DNA of 64,000 nucleotides from Carpediemonas membranifera BICM (Eukaryota > Protista > Fornicata): NCBI GenBank assembly GCA_019828565.1, contig JAHDYR010000003.1, forward strand, positions 1 to 64,000. The letters run 5' to 3'. Of this stretch, positions 10,760 to 20,761 are shown piece by piece (position 1 is the first letter of the stretch; every line of letters starts with the position of its first letter). The notes under the pieces were generated by a model that was not told the DNA's origin, did not search any database, and saw only the letters and a list, made by a program, of their open reading frames with translations. A program made the translations under genes and the position numbers.

Positions 10760-13700
10760 TGAAGTTTGCCAAAAGCGCAATCCAGGACGCTTTTAGCTTC
10801 CGGAGGCGTTGTAAGCACCCTTCAAGAGCCGTCAGACGCGATTTTCGCGTTCCTCCGTGCGACTTTGCTTCGATATGTGCCGCCGTCGCTAATGCGGGAA
10901 CATGCGTCGACAAGACAGCGTTTCAAACGAGCATTGTGCTCGAAGAACGTTATCTCGATGCTATTTACTGCTGATGCCAGCGCTAAGAGCAAGCGTTTCA
11001 ACGTCGCCGTCGCGAACGAAATCGTGTACTTCCTGTCGCCGCTATTCAACGCTCATCCTGTCCTGTTCGACAAAAAGGACTCCATTGACCGGATATCCGC
11101 TGGTCTGGAGCGCATCTGCCTTCACGTTGAACAGATGAAGCTTTCTCCGACATCTCTTCGTCTCCTTATTCTCAAGCTCGACACGCGAGTGCTGCTGGAC
11201 TCCTCTGGCACACAGAGCGTTCTTCATGAGAGTAAAAAGAGACGATTTGATCGACGAGTTGCTTTCCATGGGGTGCCCAATCAACACAATGGGCCTCCTG
11301 CCGTCGGATAGTCCGACTGATGCCAGCGGAACTCAGGCCGAACCGGTTAGTGTGCCCCAGGAGGCATCGTTGGCCGTGCCGGACTCCCCGCCGTCCGTTC
11401 CCGCCGAGTTGGCCGGGCCGGAGAATGCCTCGCCCAGCCCGTCTCAGACGAGGCCAGCCGCAGTGATTGTGCGCTCTCCGGAGCCACCACGTGCAGGCGG
11501 CCAGACATCTGAGGCGGGTGGTGCCGTTGCCCTGGTCGACAGAGTTGTAGGTGTTGAGTCACCTTACGGCACCGGGGGCGAGGCCTCTAGTCAGGATACC
11601 TCGGCACCCACGCAACCGAGCTCGAGCTCGGACAGCAGCCCTGCTGCTGTCATCAGGGCCACCTTTGACGAGTGGGTCCCCGACGCCATGCGCGCCGACC
11701 ACTGGACCACTCCAGAGCAGGTGACGGCCACCCTGTGCGACCCAGCCCTCGTCCGGGCCCTTATGGACGAGTCCAACCGTGGGTCGGCCACGGGTCGATT
11801 CAGCCAGAGTCGGCTCCGGCAGCTCTGTGAGGCATTGAGGGGCTTTGTCCCCGAGACCGTCAGGTCGACACTGCCAGTCCTGCCCAACGGCGGTAGGATC
11901 TTCACCAAGCTGCCCCCGGTGGTTGCCAAGATCGCCCAGGCCTGCTTCGGGTCAGTCCCGCAGCCGGCGCCCCGGGTGACCTGGGTACCTGATGGGGCCG
12001 CACGCCAGCGCAGTGTCCCCGAGCCGTTCTTGCCAGCTCACAGCGCCATGTTTGTGGGGAAGTTGCTCCCCGCGAAGAGGGCCAGACTGGCATGGGCGAA
12101 GAGCTTTGTCGCGCTGCTCAATGAGTACGCCGCAGCCCCGGCCCACGGGAAGCCCGACGTTGTCCGCCGCATCTTGACCTTCGCGCAGGGTCTCTATGCT
12201 CCTCCGGAGCGGACCACCGAGCAGCCCCGGCTGAAAGCCAGTGCGCGCGCACTCAGGTTGGGACAACGAGGCTTCTATTCTCGCGCCACGCAAGCTCTCT
12301 CCGCCGGAGAGTTCGCTGGGGATCGCGCGTGGGTGGAGGCCAGGCTCTGTGAGAGCCAGGTGCAGCCGTCTGGTAGTCGGCTGGCAGCAGTGTCGGGTCC
12401 CGCGTCCACACTGAACCACTGCCAAATGACTGTCCCTGCGGTGAAGAAGGCACTTAAGAGCCTCAACGCCGAGTCCGCACCGGGTCCTTCAGGCCTATCT
12501 TACCTTCATCTGAAGGCGATGGGCCGGGCCATCGGGTGGAATGAACTCGCCGCGGCTCTTGTGCCCCTGCTCGAGGATATGCTCGAGGGCGTCGCCTGCC
12601 TGGAGCCATTTTCCCACTGCATCCTTGTGCCGATCCCGAAGAAGGATGGCAAGCCGCGCCCCGTCTCAATAGGCGACAGCCTTCGTCGTCTCGCAGCGAA
12701 GGTGGCAGTTCGTCAGGCTGCTGCCCGGCTGCGGGACGACAAGGCGTTGCCGGGTCAGTATGGCCTCGGCGAGAAGTGCGGGCTCGAGGAGCTAACCAAT
12801 CTTGTGAGGGAGCATCATCGTGGCGGCGGTCAGGTGATCGCTTTGGATCTTACCAACGCATATGGATGCATGAGTAGATCTCACCTTCGCGATGCGACAG
12901 CTGCATACTGCCCGTCGCTTTCCGAGTACCTCGAACTGATGTTGCTTAATCCAATGCTGTTCTCAGCAACCGGGATGGTCCTCAGATCACTCGAAGGAAT
13001 TCCGCAAGGGGATCCTACGAGCCCGCTGCTGTTCAGTTGCGGCATGAAGCCCCTTTTGGACGATCTTCGGACCGAGTTTCCAAACTACGCATTTTTATGC
13101 CTATCAGGATGATGTCTACTGCCTGATGCCCAAGGACGCTACAGAGAGTGAGACGAACACGGTCATCATGACCGCGACGTCCAATTTCGCCAGAGTCGGG
13201 TTGAAGGTCAACGAGAAGAAGACTGTCATCGCCGGGCTGGGCCTAGTGGCCAGTGAATCCTCGCTTGCGCCGCGCGGCGAGGCTTTCAAGGTCCTGGGCA
13301 CGCCGGTGGGGCCGGCTGCGTACGTCAAGGAGCAGGTCTGCAGGCAGTTCGAAGGCGTCAGCGAGCAGGCTGGACGCGTGAGCGACATGGTGGCAGACGT
13401 AGGGCCCACGTCTATCATCGTCGCTAACAACATGACGCGTGCGTGCCTGCTGCCCAAACTGTCGCACCTCTACCGCAATGTGTGCCCGACGTCCGACCTC
13501 GTCGGCGTTGGGCGTCGCTTTGAGGAGGAGACGCTCGTTCCATTGCTCTCCAACCTCGTTGGTGCCGATGCAGTGATTGGTACGCTCGAAAGAGCGGGCC
13601 TTAGCATCACGCAGGGAGGTCTTGGATGGGGAATTCCGTCCATCGTGTGGCCGGCGGCATATCTCGGTGCCGTGAAGCAGCTCTTTGACCAAAACATCTC

Positions 13701-14559
13701 ACTGAACGTGCCCAATGAGGCATTTCAGGCGGTTGGTGCTGCTGGTGGTCCGCAGGACGTGGATGCCCTGAAGAAGTGGAAGACTTCGACTCCGCAGTTT
13801 GAACTGACGACGAAAGTGCGGGAGTTCAAGCAGAAGGAGCTTACGGCGAAGAGATCGTTTATTTCTGAGCCTTATGTGCGTGCAGTGTCCACATTGACGC
13901 CGTTCGATCCCGTTCTTTCGGGTTCCGATTTGGCAACTGCAATTCTCCGCCTACACCTGTCTCTTGACCCCTACGTGATAGAAAAAGCCAAACCATGCCC
14001 CCTGTGCGGCAGATCTGTTGCGGATTGGTCTCATGGACTCTCTTGTGTTCGCCTCAAGGGCGGTGCCCGGATCGAGCGTCATAACGGCGTCAGAGACGCC
14101 ATCTACGACGTTTGCTCGGAGCAGTTCGTCCCCAAACGGCGCGAGGTTCCGCTGGATCACACCAGTATGGCCTACATGCCCAACGGGACGGGCCCGACGG
14201 AGGTGAAGGCCGATCTGCTCATGCTAGCGGCAACGTCAGCTGATGGAACGCCCCTCCACGGCGATATGATCGTCGATGTGGTCGTCTCACAGTCGATCAA
14301 GGATGGGATCCGTGACAAGGCCGCTCAGTTCTCGAGGTTCGACTGCGAGCTCATCGCGGCCAGCTGTGACCTCGTTGGCAACACGAGAGCTGACCCCGAG
14401 GACCGCAAGTCGTGCTGGGTGTGGCGTCTGTGCGAGAGGCTCGGTCTGAGCGCGGAGGTCCGTCGGGACCTGCGCAGTCGGGTCGTCTTGGCTGTGTGGG
14501 CTGGGAACGCGGCGGTCATCCGTGACTACCGCGAGCAGTGCCGCGTGGCACAGCTCTAA
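10759..14559 (+). CDS. RT + RLE polyprotein, copy 3 (three +1 homopolymer frameshifts near 10792, 11236, 13094)
   Basis: Same protein as copy 2; each break is an extra T or A in a run. Confidence 0.85.
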
Positions 14560-14781
14560 CTGTGGTGTGCCCTTCGCGTGTGAGAGAGGCGTCGTAGTCG
14601 AGCCAGTCGAGACATCCGAGATTTTTGCACATGTGCAAAATTTCGATTTCCCGAAAGCGACCCCGCCGAGGCTTACGACTCCGACTACATAACCCACGAG
14701 CTCTACTAGGGACCCCCACCCTGCTGACCCTCTGCGCGCGGTAAGAACGTTCTTTCTGATGATTAAAGGGCGTGTAGCTCA
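10760..14781 (+). mobile_element. CRE-like non-LTR retrotransposon, copy 3 (full unit, 4022 bp)
   Basis: Near-identical to copy 2; runs directly into the intact tRNA. Confidence 0.92.
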
Positions 14782-14840
14782 GTTGGTAGAGCGCGTGCTT
14801 AGCATGCACGAGGCCCTGGGTTCAAATCCCAGCTCGTCCA
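14768..14840 (+). tRNA. trnA-AGC: tRNA-Ala (anticodon AGC)
   Basis: 73-nt cloverleaf: GCTC/GAGC D stem, CGTGC-TTAGCAT-GCACG anticodon arm, CTGGG-TTCAAAT-CCCAG T arm, G3:U70 alanine determinant, A73. Confidence 0.97.
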
Positions 14841-14842
14841 CA

Positions 14843-14846
14843 TTTT
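14843..14846 (+). terminator. RNA polymerase III terminator (TTTT)
   Basis: T4 run 2 nt after the tRNA. Confidence 0.6.
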
Positions 14847-15202
14847 CTCCATGTCTTACTGCGCTAGACTAGGCTAGCCCGACTCGCGGGCCACCTGACC
14901 CTCTACACTCTGTAGATCCAACGGGGGGGAAGAATATTTACGCAAGAAACCCCTGTTTCGCCGCGTCAATATTCGAAGACTTACGCGCCTTCGGCTCCTA
15001 AGTAAGTCTTGGGTTTCCCTCGCGTACCGACGAGGGACGCTCTCCCGAGCGCGTTCTTACAGCCACCGGCTGCGAATCGTTCGTCATCTGGCCGCATAAA
15101 CTGCGCCGACCAATCTTGACCAATGACGCGGGCATCCGGCGATTGCCGGCCTCGCCCACGTCCCGTCGCCCTTGCGACAATGAGCTGGGGTACTACCCGC
15201 CA

Positions 15203-15377
15203 CCTAACTCATACTCCCAAAGGGGGGGTAAAGGATTTATTCTTCTCGGGCTCCTTTAGGCCCGATGTGCCTTCGGGCATTCGAAATTCTGATGCCATAA
15301 ACTGCACGTTTCCGTGCGCCCTCTCGGGCGTCTCAGCACCCCGGGTGCCAATGGGCTCGAGTGGTACTCCGCTAGCT
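15203..15377. repeat. Direct repeat X (second copy 19346-19523)
   Basis: Near-identical apart from G-run length and one substitution. Confidence 0.9.
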
Positions 15378-15395
15378 CTCCTAGCCGCTAGACTA

Positions 15396-15432
15396 GCTAG
15401 AGTATCCTAGCATCCTAACTCATATCCAAATG
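15396..15432. repeat. 37-bp direct repeat Z (second copy 15810-15846)
   Basis: GCTAGAGTATCCTAGCATCCTAACTCATATCCAAATG twice. Confidence 0.9.
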
Positions 15433-15548
15433 AGGGGGAATAATATTTACTCGGATTTCCTGTCTCTCCGCGTAAATATTCAGCGTCTTCTTTTGTTTCC
15501 CGCGTTCCTCGCGAGACGAGGCAGGTCCGTCGTTCGGGACCCTCTGCC

Positions 15549-15810
15549 TTGGGCGTGCCCGTGTCTTCTTCGGGCATCTTTCGAATTCTGCCATATCCTG
15601 CACATCTGGTCGAATCAATCCAACGATCTGTGGTACACCAGGAAGAAGAGGAAGTACTTTATTACGACACACATGTGTCAACAAAGACCAATGAGGACCA
15701 AATCAAAATAATGAATCAGGTGCACTACACGATCAATAGTCTCCGGCCCGCGCTCCCCGCGGGACCCTCCGACCCTCAGCACCCCGGGTGCCCTGGTCGA
15801 GTGCTGCTCG
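15549..15810. repeat. Direct repeat Y (second copy 19182-19337), interrupted by a solo LTR
   Basis: Identical to the second copy once 15629-15734 is removed. Confidence 0.9.
15629..15729. mobile_element. Solo LTR, 101 bp
   Basis: TGT...ACA ends, imperfect terminal IR TGTGGTACACC/GGTGCACTACA, 5-bp TSD CGATC; empty site visible near 19257. Confidence 0.85.
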
Positions 15811-15968
15811 CTAGAGTATCCTAGCATCCTAACTCATATCCAAATGGGAAACCGACCAATCCCGTCCTCCTCAGGGAGTTAGCTGCACTATGCAAGCTTC
15901 TGTGCCAGCGGCTCCTTGCCGCCTCGGCTCACCGGACGTCGCCATGACGATCCTCGGTGCGATGGTGT

Positions 15969-16832
15969 TTAATGGGATGAGAACAGTGTCTCAGCAGTTT
16001 TTCTTAACTGCGACGGATGATTTCTGATGGCCTCGCCGATGTAGGGGCGGAGTGAGTTGCCATTGGCCCATGTGCCCAGCTGTAGCAGGGTCTCGAGGGG
16101 TGTCCCGGCGAGGGCTAACTCGGAGGCGGCCCCCTTGCGGAAGCTGTGGAGGCCAACGCGGTCGTCGTTGAACGTCCTCCGGAGCTCATCTCGCATGTAC
16201 CGCATGGAGGCCGCCTTCCGTCGGCTGATTGTACGGTCGGAGGTGATGACTCTCCAGATGCCGACATCTGGCGGCAAGCGGAGGCCGAGAACCCATCTCT
16301 TCAGCGCGAATGCGGGGTTGAAGGGACCCAGTAAGACGTTCGGCAGGGATTTTGACACCTTAGTCTGAGTCTTGGTCTGGCCGATGAGGAGTTGGACGTC
16401 TCCGTTGGCTTTGAAGACGATGTCGTGAGGAGTGAGGCGGAATATCTCTGCCACGGCTGACTGTTAGGTATGCGATCGCGGCGAACAGGGTCGCCTGGTA
16501 AGCCGAGACGCTGTCGTTCCGACGAGTGATTGCGCGCAGCATGTCCTCCTTGAGTATGGGCGCCGAGCCACCTGTCATGCCGTCCGTCGAGGCGTGGGCG
16601 GCGATGCCGCGTCGAATCTGAGAGCATTAAGGACTGGGAAGCCAGTCGGAGAACAGGGGCGCGGCTCGCTCTATCCAGTAGCCCTTGCGCTCTACGGTGG
16701 CTGGGGCGTTATGCTCTGCCTCCTCCTCGAGGAAGGCTCGGTATACTTCGGTGTCGTCTAAGTCCTGGCCTCGAAACTCTATAAAAGCGGTGATCCAGCC
16801 GGCTACTGCTCGGCGCGTCTCGTGTCTGCGCA
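15969..16832 (-). CDS. Tyrosine recombinase of YR1 (frameshifts near 16455 and 16625)
   Basis: LTVSR..EI, HSFRKGAAS, LGTW, LRPYI catalytic motifs; colinear with the YR at 35209-35940. Confidence 0.88.
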
Positions 16833-18698
16833 TGTGAGCGAGTATTGGGTGGTTGACAATGCTGGTGAACAGGTCTGGAAGGCGAGGGCCATGAAGCGGA
16901 TATTCCCGTTCGGCTTGGCCAGGCGCTCTACGAGAGGGAGGTTGTCGGACGCGAAGTCGCTCCTGGGGATGGAGAAGGCGATCTTGCAAGTTGCCTGTGA
17001 TTTGAGGAGTCGGAGCTCGGGCGATGTGATGTCTGGGACGACGAGGAAGACGGCTGAGGTCCAGGTTGACGGAGGGGATGTAGTCCGGGTCGCGAGGATC
17101 GAATTCAGGACTCGACAGACCCGACCCAGTATCATCGGCGACGGGGGTGGTGCCGCATAGATCCGGTGTCCGCGCCAGTCCCGGTCCATCCCGTCTTGCC
17201 AGGAGGTGGAAGCGAACCCTGGGAGGAGTAGACTGTGGTCTGGGTATGGAGTTACGTCTACGTCCACCGGACCCCAGCTGGACAGGATCTGCTCGAGGAC
17301 GTGGGGTGGTGTGAGCAACCCCCGAGATAGGCGGTCTGCAGCTAGATTGAGATGACCTGGAGTGTGATGGGCGCTGATGAGCAGTCTCTTCGCGCTCATC
17401 TCGCGGTAAAGGGAGTGGAGGATCTGCAGGGCCATTGGCGGAGCCTTCGAGCTGCCCTCCTTGTTGATCCAAGCGACACACGTGGTGTTGTCGGAATACA
17501 CGGTCAGGCGTCTCGTCTGAGGCTGTGTTGGCACCAGGCGCGAGCCGAAGAGTACGGCTGCCAACTCCTTCACGTTGATTGACTGATTGGCTAGCGCGCC
17601 ATTGAAGGAGCCGTGGCTGCTCTGCGTGGTGGCTGCCCACTGGGCGCCCCAGCCCGAGCCTGAGGCGTCGGTTGATATGACCAGCTCGAGGGTCTGGTCG
17701 TTCTGCCACATGTTCTTCAGCTCCACGAAGGGGCGGCTTGGACGGCTGGACAACAGCTCTTGCCATTCTCGAAGTTCTGAGGTGTAGGGTGTGATGTCGA
17801 TCCAGTCCGAGGGAGCCCTTGGCAGTGACCGGAGCTTTAGTGTGGCTCTGTGGGCGGATGTCGCGAAAAAGGACAGCTTGCCGACCAGCTTCGCCCAGTC
17901 CTCCGCCTTCATGCGGCGTTGAGCGAGGGCGTCGGTAATGCACGCTTGGTATTTCTCCGCCTTGTCGACTGGAAGGCGAAGGGTCTGGTCTGCCGAGTTC
18001 AGAAGCAGACCAAGGAACTCGATGCACTGGCAAGGAACCAGAATGCACTTCTCTAGAGATGGTATTAGTCCGAGGGCGTCCAGAGTTTGCATGGCCCGTG
18101 GTAGCTCTGCTTTGAGGTGGGCCTGGCTCTCGGCGGAAAGAAGAAAGTCGTCTAGGTATACGTTGACTGTCACGTGGTGCCGCAGGGCGATTATCTTCGC
18201 TGCCTGGATCATGGTGGACTGGAAAAAGAAGGGTGCCGCCGTCCACCCGAATCCGAGGGTGCGAAATGCTCGCCCGTCTGGAAGTACGATCCCCAGGAGA
18301 GGCTTGTCGCTGTCCTTGATGCCGAGCTGAGAATATCCAGACCGGAGGTCTATCTTGGCCATCCAGGCATTCTTGCTGAGCGTGTTGATGGCCCGTCTGA
18401 TGCCGAAGAGTCGGAAGGAGCGACGTTCTTTCGAGACGCGGTTGAGACGCGTGAGGTTGTGTATTACACGAATGTCCTGCCCCTTGGCCACGGCGAACAG
18501 AGGGGCGCTGTGGCGAAGTTCTGAAAGTCGTGTCGGCTCGATGATACCATCTTCCTGCATCTTGGAGAGTTTGGGTAAGATACGCGGGTCGATCGAGTTT
18601 TGTGGACGCGCCGGAGGGGGAGGATGCGTGAGCTCGACCGGGATCCCTTCTCTGATCCAGCCCACGACTTGCTGAGAGGCCTTGAATCTTTCCCACAC
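16803..18698 (-). CDS. DIRS-type reverse transcriptase / RNase H / methyltransferase-like domain
   Basis: KIDLRSGYSQ, LGFG, YLDD, TDASGSGWG, INVKELAAV, SDNTT, NLAADRLSR, then DGMDRDW..IYAAPP. Confidence 0.92.
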   Translation of the reverse strand: MWERFKASQQVVGWIREGIPVELTHPPPPARPQNSIDPRILPKLSKMQEDGIIEPTRLSELRHSAPLFAVAKGQDIRVIHNLTRLNRVSKERRSFRLFGIRRAINTLSKNAWMAKIDLRSGYSQLGIKDSDKPLLGIVLPDGRAFRTLGFGWTAAPFFFQSTMIQAAKIIALRHHVTVNVYLDDFLLSAESQAHLKAELPRAMQTLDALGLIPSLEKCILVPCQCIEFLGLLLNSADQTLRLPVDKAEKYQACITDALAQRRMKAEDWAKLVGKLSFFATSAHRATLKLRSLPRAPSDWIDITPYTSELREWQELLSSRPSRPFVELKNMWQNDQTLELVISTDASGSGWGAQWAATTQSSHGSFNGALANQSINVKELAAVLFGSRLVPTQPQTRRLTVYSDNTTCVAWINKEGSSKAPPMALQILHSLYREMSAKRLLISAHHTPGHLNLAADRLSRGLLTPPHVLEQILSSWGPVDVDVTPYPDHSLLLPGFASTSWQDGMDRDWRGHRIYAAPPPSPMILGRVCRVLNSILATRTTSPPSTWTSAVFLVVPDITSPELRLLKSQATCKIAFSIPRSDFASDNLPLVERLAKPNGNIRFMALAFQTCSPALSTTQYSLTCADTRRAEQ

Positions 18699-18727
18699 CC
18701 ACCATCGCTTTTGAGTGGAGGGAAAGG

Positions 18728-19210
18728 CTAGGACCTCGAGCGGCGGCCGTTGTGGCCGCCCTCCGGTTGAAAATTACGCCTCTTGCGCTTACCTTTCATC
18801 TTGGCGCGGGCTATGATGGCGTCGATGTCTAGCTCTGACTCAATGACGGATGCCTTGAGGGCAGCAGCTGCATAGTCGGTTGCCGCGTCATCGTAATCGT
18901 CCTTGAGGAGTAGCTTATAGCGGCCGAGGAGTCGGAGGCGAAGTGTGTTGGCATCGAGCATGTCGGTGGCGATGTCCCTTAGAAGCTCTTTGATGAATCT
19001 GGCTTCATCGCGGGGACCAAAGCGTTGCGGAAGTTCTAAATCGGCGAGCGTGTTGAGGAATGAGCGGTTTCTTGCATTGACTGGCTCGTCGTAATCGGGC
19101 CCCTGCGCGATGTTCGCTTCAACCAAAGCTAAACGGCCAGAAAGCTCGCCTAGAACCCTTAGTATCTCCTCTTGTTGCGGATTGGGCGTGCCCGTGTCTT
19201 CTTCGGGCAT
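18728..19210 (-). CDS. gag-like ORF1 of YR1
   Basis: Upstream of RT; helical with basic C-terminus; first ATG at 19210 (MPEED). Confidence 0.6.
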   Translation of the reverse strand: MPEEDTGTPNPQQEEILRVLGELSGRLALVEANIAQGPDYDEPVNARNRSFLNTLADLELPQRFGPRDEARFIKELLRDIATDMLDANTLRLRLLGRYKLLLKDDYDDAATDYAAAALKASVIESELDIDAIIARAKMKGKRKRRNFQPEGGHNGRRSRS

Positions 19211-20761
19211 CTTTCGAATTCTGCCATATCCTGCACATCTGGTCGAATCAATCCAACGATCAATAGTCTCCGGCCCGCGCTCCCCGCGGGACCCTCCGAC
19301 CCTCAGCACCCCGGGTGCCCTGGTCGAGTGCTGCTCGGCTAGCCCCCTAACTCATACTCCCAAAGGGGGGGGGGTAAAGGATTTATTCTTCTCGGGCTCC
19401 TTTAGGCCCGATGTGCCTTCGGGCATTCGAAATTCTGATGCCATAAACTGCACGTTTCCGTGCGCCCTCTCGGGCGTCTCAGCACCCCGGGTGCCAATGG
19501 GCTCGAGTGGTACTCAGCTAGCTGTCAGCGCGGCTAGCTATCCTCATGACCTTCTTTTCATTAACCAACGGGGGGCGCTTAACTTACACAATGTTAACGA
19601 GGAAGCTAGTGTATGTTAAACGTGAAGTCCTCTCCGCTTACCGAGGGAGAAGGAGTATACCAGTCGTAACTGGTACCGTGCCGTCGGATCCGGCGGATCC
19701 GAACTTTGCGCCATTCTGTCCGCATAAACTGCGTGACTCGCCTGACCGGCGAAACACCATTTGCCCGGAGTGAGGCTATCACATCGCCCTCCGCTCCGGG
19801 CCCGTTACCCGAGGTAACCTTACTGACGATGTAGCGCCAAGATGTCTGACACATCCGCACTAGCTCATCCGCTGTGCAAACCAATGGGGAGGTCTCGCCC
19901 GTCACGAGCGACTCGAGGCTATCTCCACCCGAGATTGAAAGAAAATGAAAGAGACAAAAGAATGAACATGGGCGTCCTAACATGCGGTTGTGGCTGATCT
20001 AGGCACCGCTTTGTGTGTAATCGCAGTTTCGCAGGATATGCTCAATGACGATGCGTGAATGGGGAAACTGCGGTTCTTCGCAGCAAAGGGACAAACCGAT
20101 GCGAATGTCGCAACAATAATCGTTTGCGATGGCAATTATACTAGTTCTGTACAACTTCCGCCTCTTCTGGAAGGATGGAGAACGTTTCGCTTAGCGAAAC
20201 CTTAATCTTGCCACCAACCAGTGACAGAACCATCCTAGTGGATCCTCTTGCTCTATAAAGCGACTATCTGCTGATCATCTCTAGTACCAGTCCACCAATG
20301 ATTTCAGCAAAGTGGAAACACTTCGATCATGGATGGACAAGGACCAACAGGCCTGGCCTATGTGGATAGGGCAGTGCCCCATGGAGCTCAGAAGGAGCGG
20401 CCTTGGCCTCCTGTCTGGACATTCAAGGGTTGCCATCAGGGCATACCGCTGGGCGCGAGTGGGAGCTCCACGCCCATACCAAGGAATCAAAGTGTCTTCA
20501 TGGAACGTATGTTTACAAGGAAAAGGAAAACAACCGTCGAGGGCCAGTGCTAGCACCGGCGGCTACATGGTTTTGTCAAGACCACAAGGAAGGAAGGGCA
20601 GCGCAAAAGGGAAACAGGGGCCGTCGATAGGGGCTAAAAAGGAGACTACGAACAAAGCAACAACCACTACACAGAAAGGCCCGGCTACTCAGAAAAGGGC
20701 GACGCATTTTTAGGACCGCGCCTTTTTGAAAGAATGGCCTATATAGTACGGAGCATGGACA

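Larger units (their letters stand above)
14860..19523 (-). mobile_element. DIRS/PAT-like tyrosine-recombinase retrotransposon YR1 (ends approximate)
   Basis: gag-like, RT/RNase H/MT and YR ORFs; split direct repeats 15203-15377 = 19346-19523 and 15549-15810 = 19182-19337. Confidence 0.88.

Noticed and set aside
8980-13100. Programmed frameshifts or true pseudogenisation in the CRE copies and gypsy pol genes
   Set aside because: The CRE breaks are single-base, mostly in homopolymers and differ between near-identical copies, typical of long-read error; the gypsy breaks probably share this cause
7325-14809. Many short opposite-strand ORFs in the ORF track (here and across the window)
   Set aside because: Shadows of GC-rich transposon coding frames with no recognisable motifs
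14860-15850. CRISPR-like array
   Set aside because: Repeats are long, irregular and tied to the YR element; no cas genes; eukaryotic context
15969-16454. Prophage or integron integrase next to a tRNA
   Set aside because: It is linked to DIRS-type RT/RNase H and gag, and no phage genes are present
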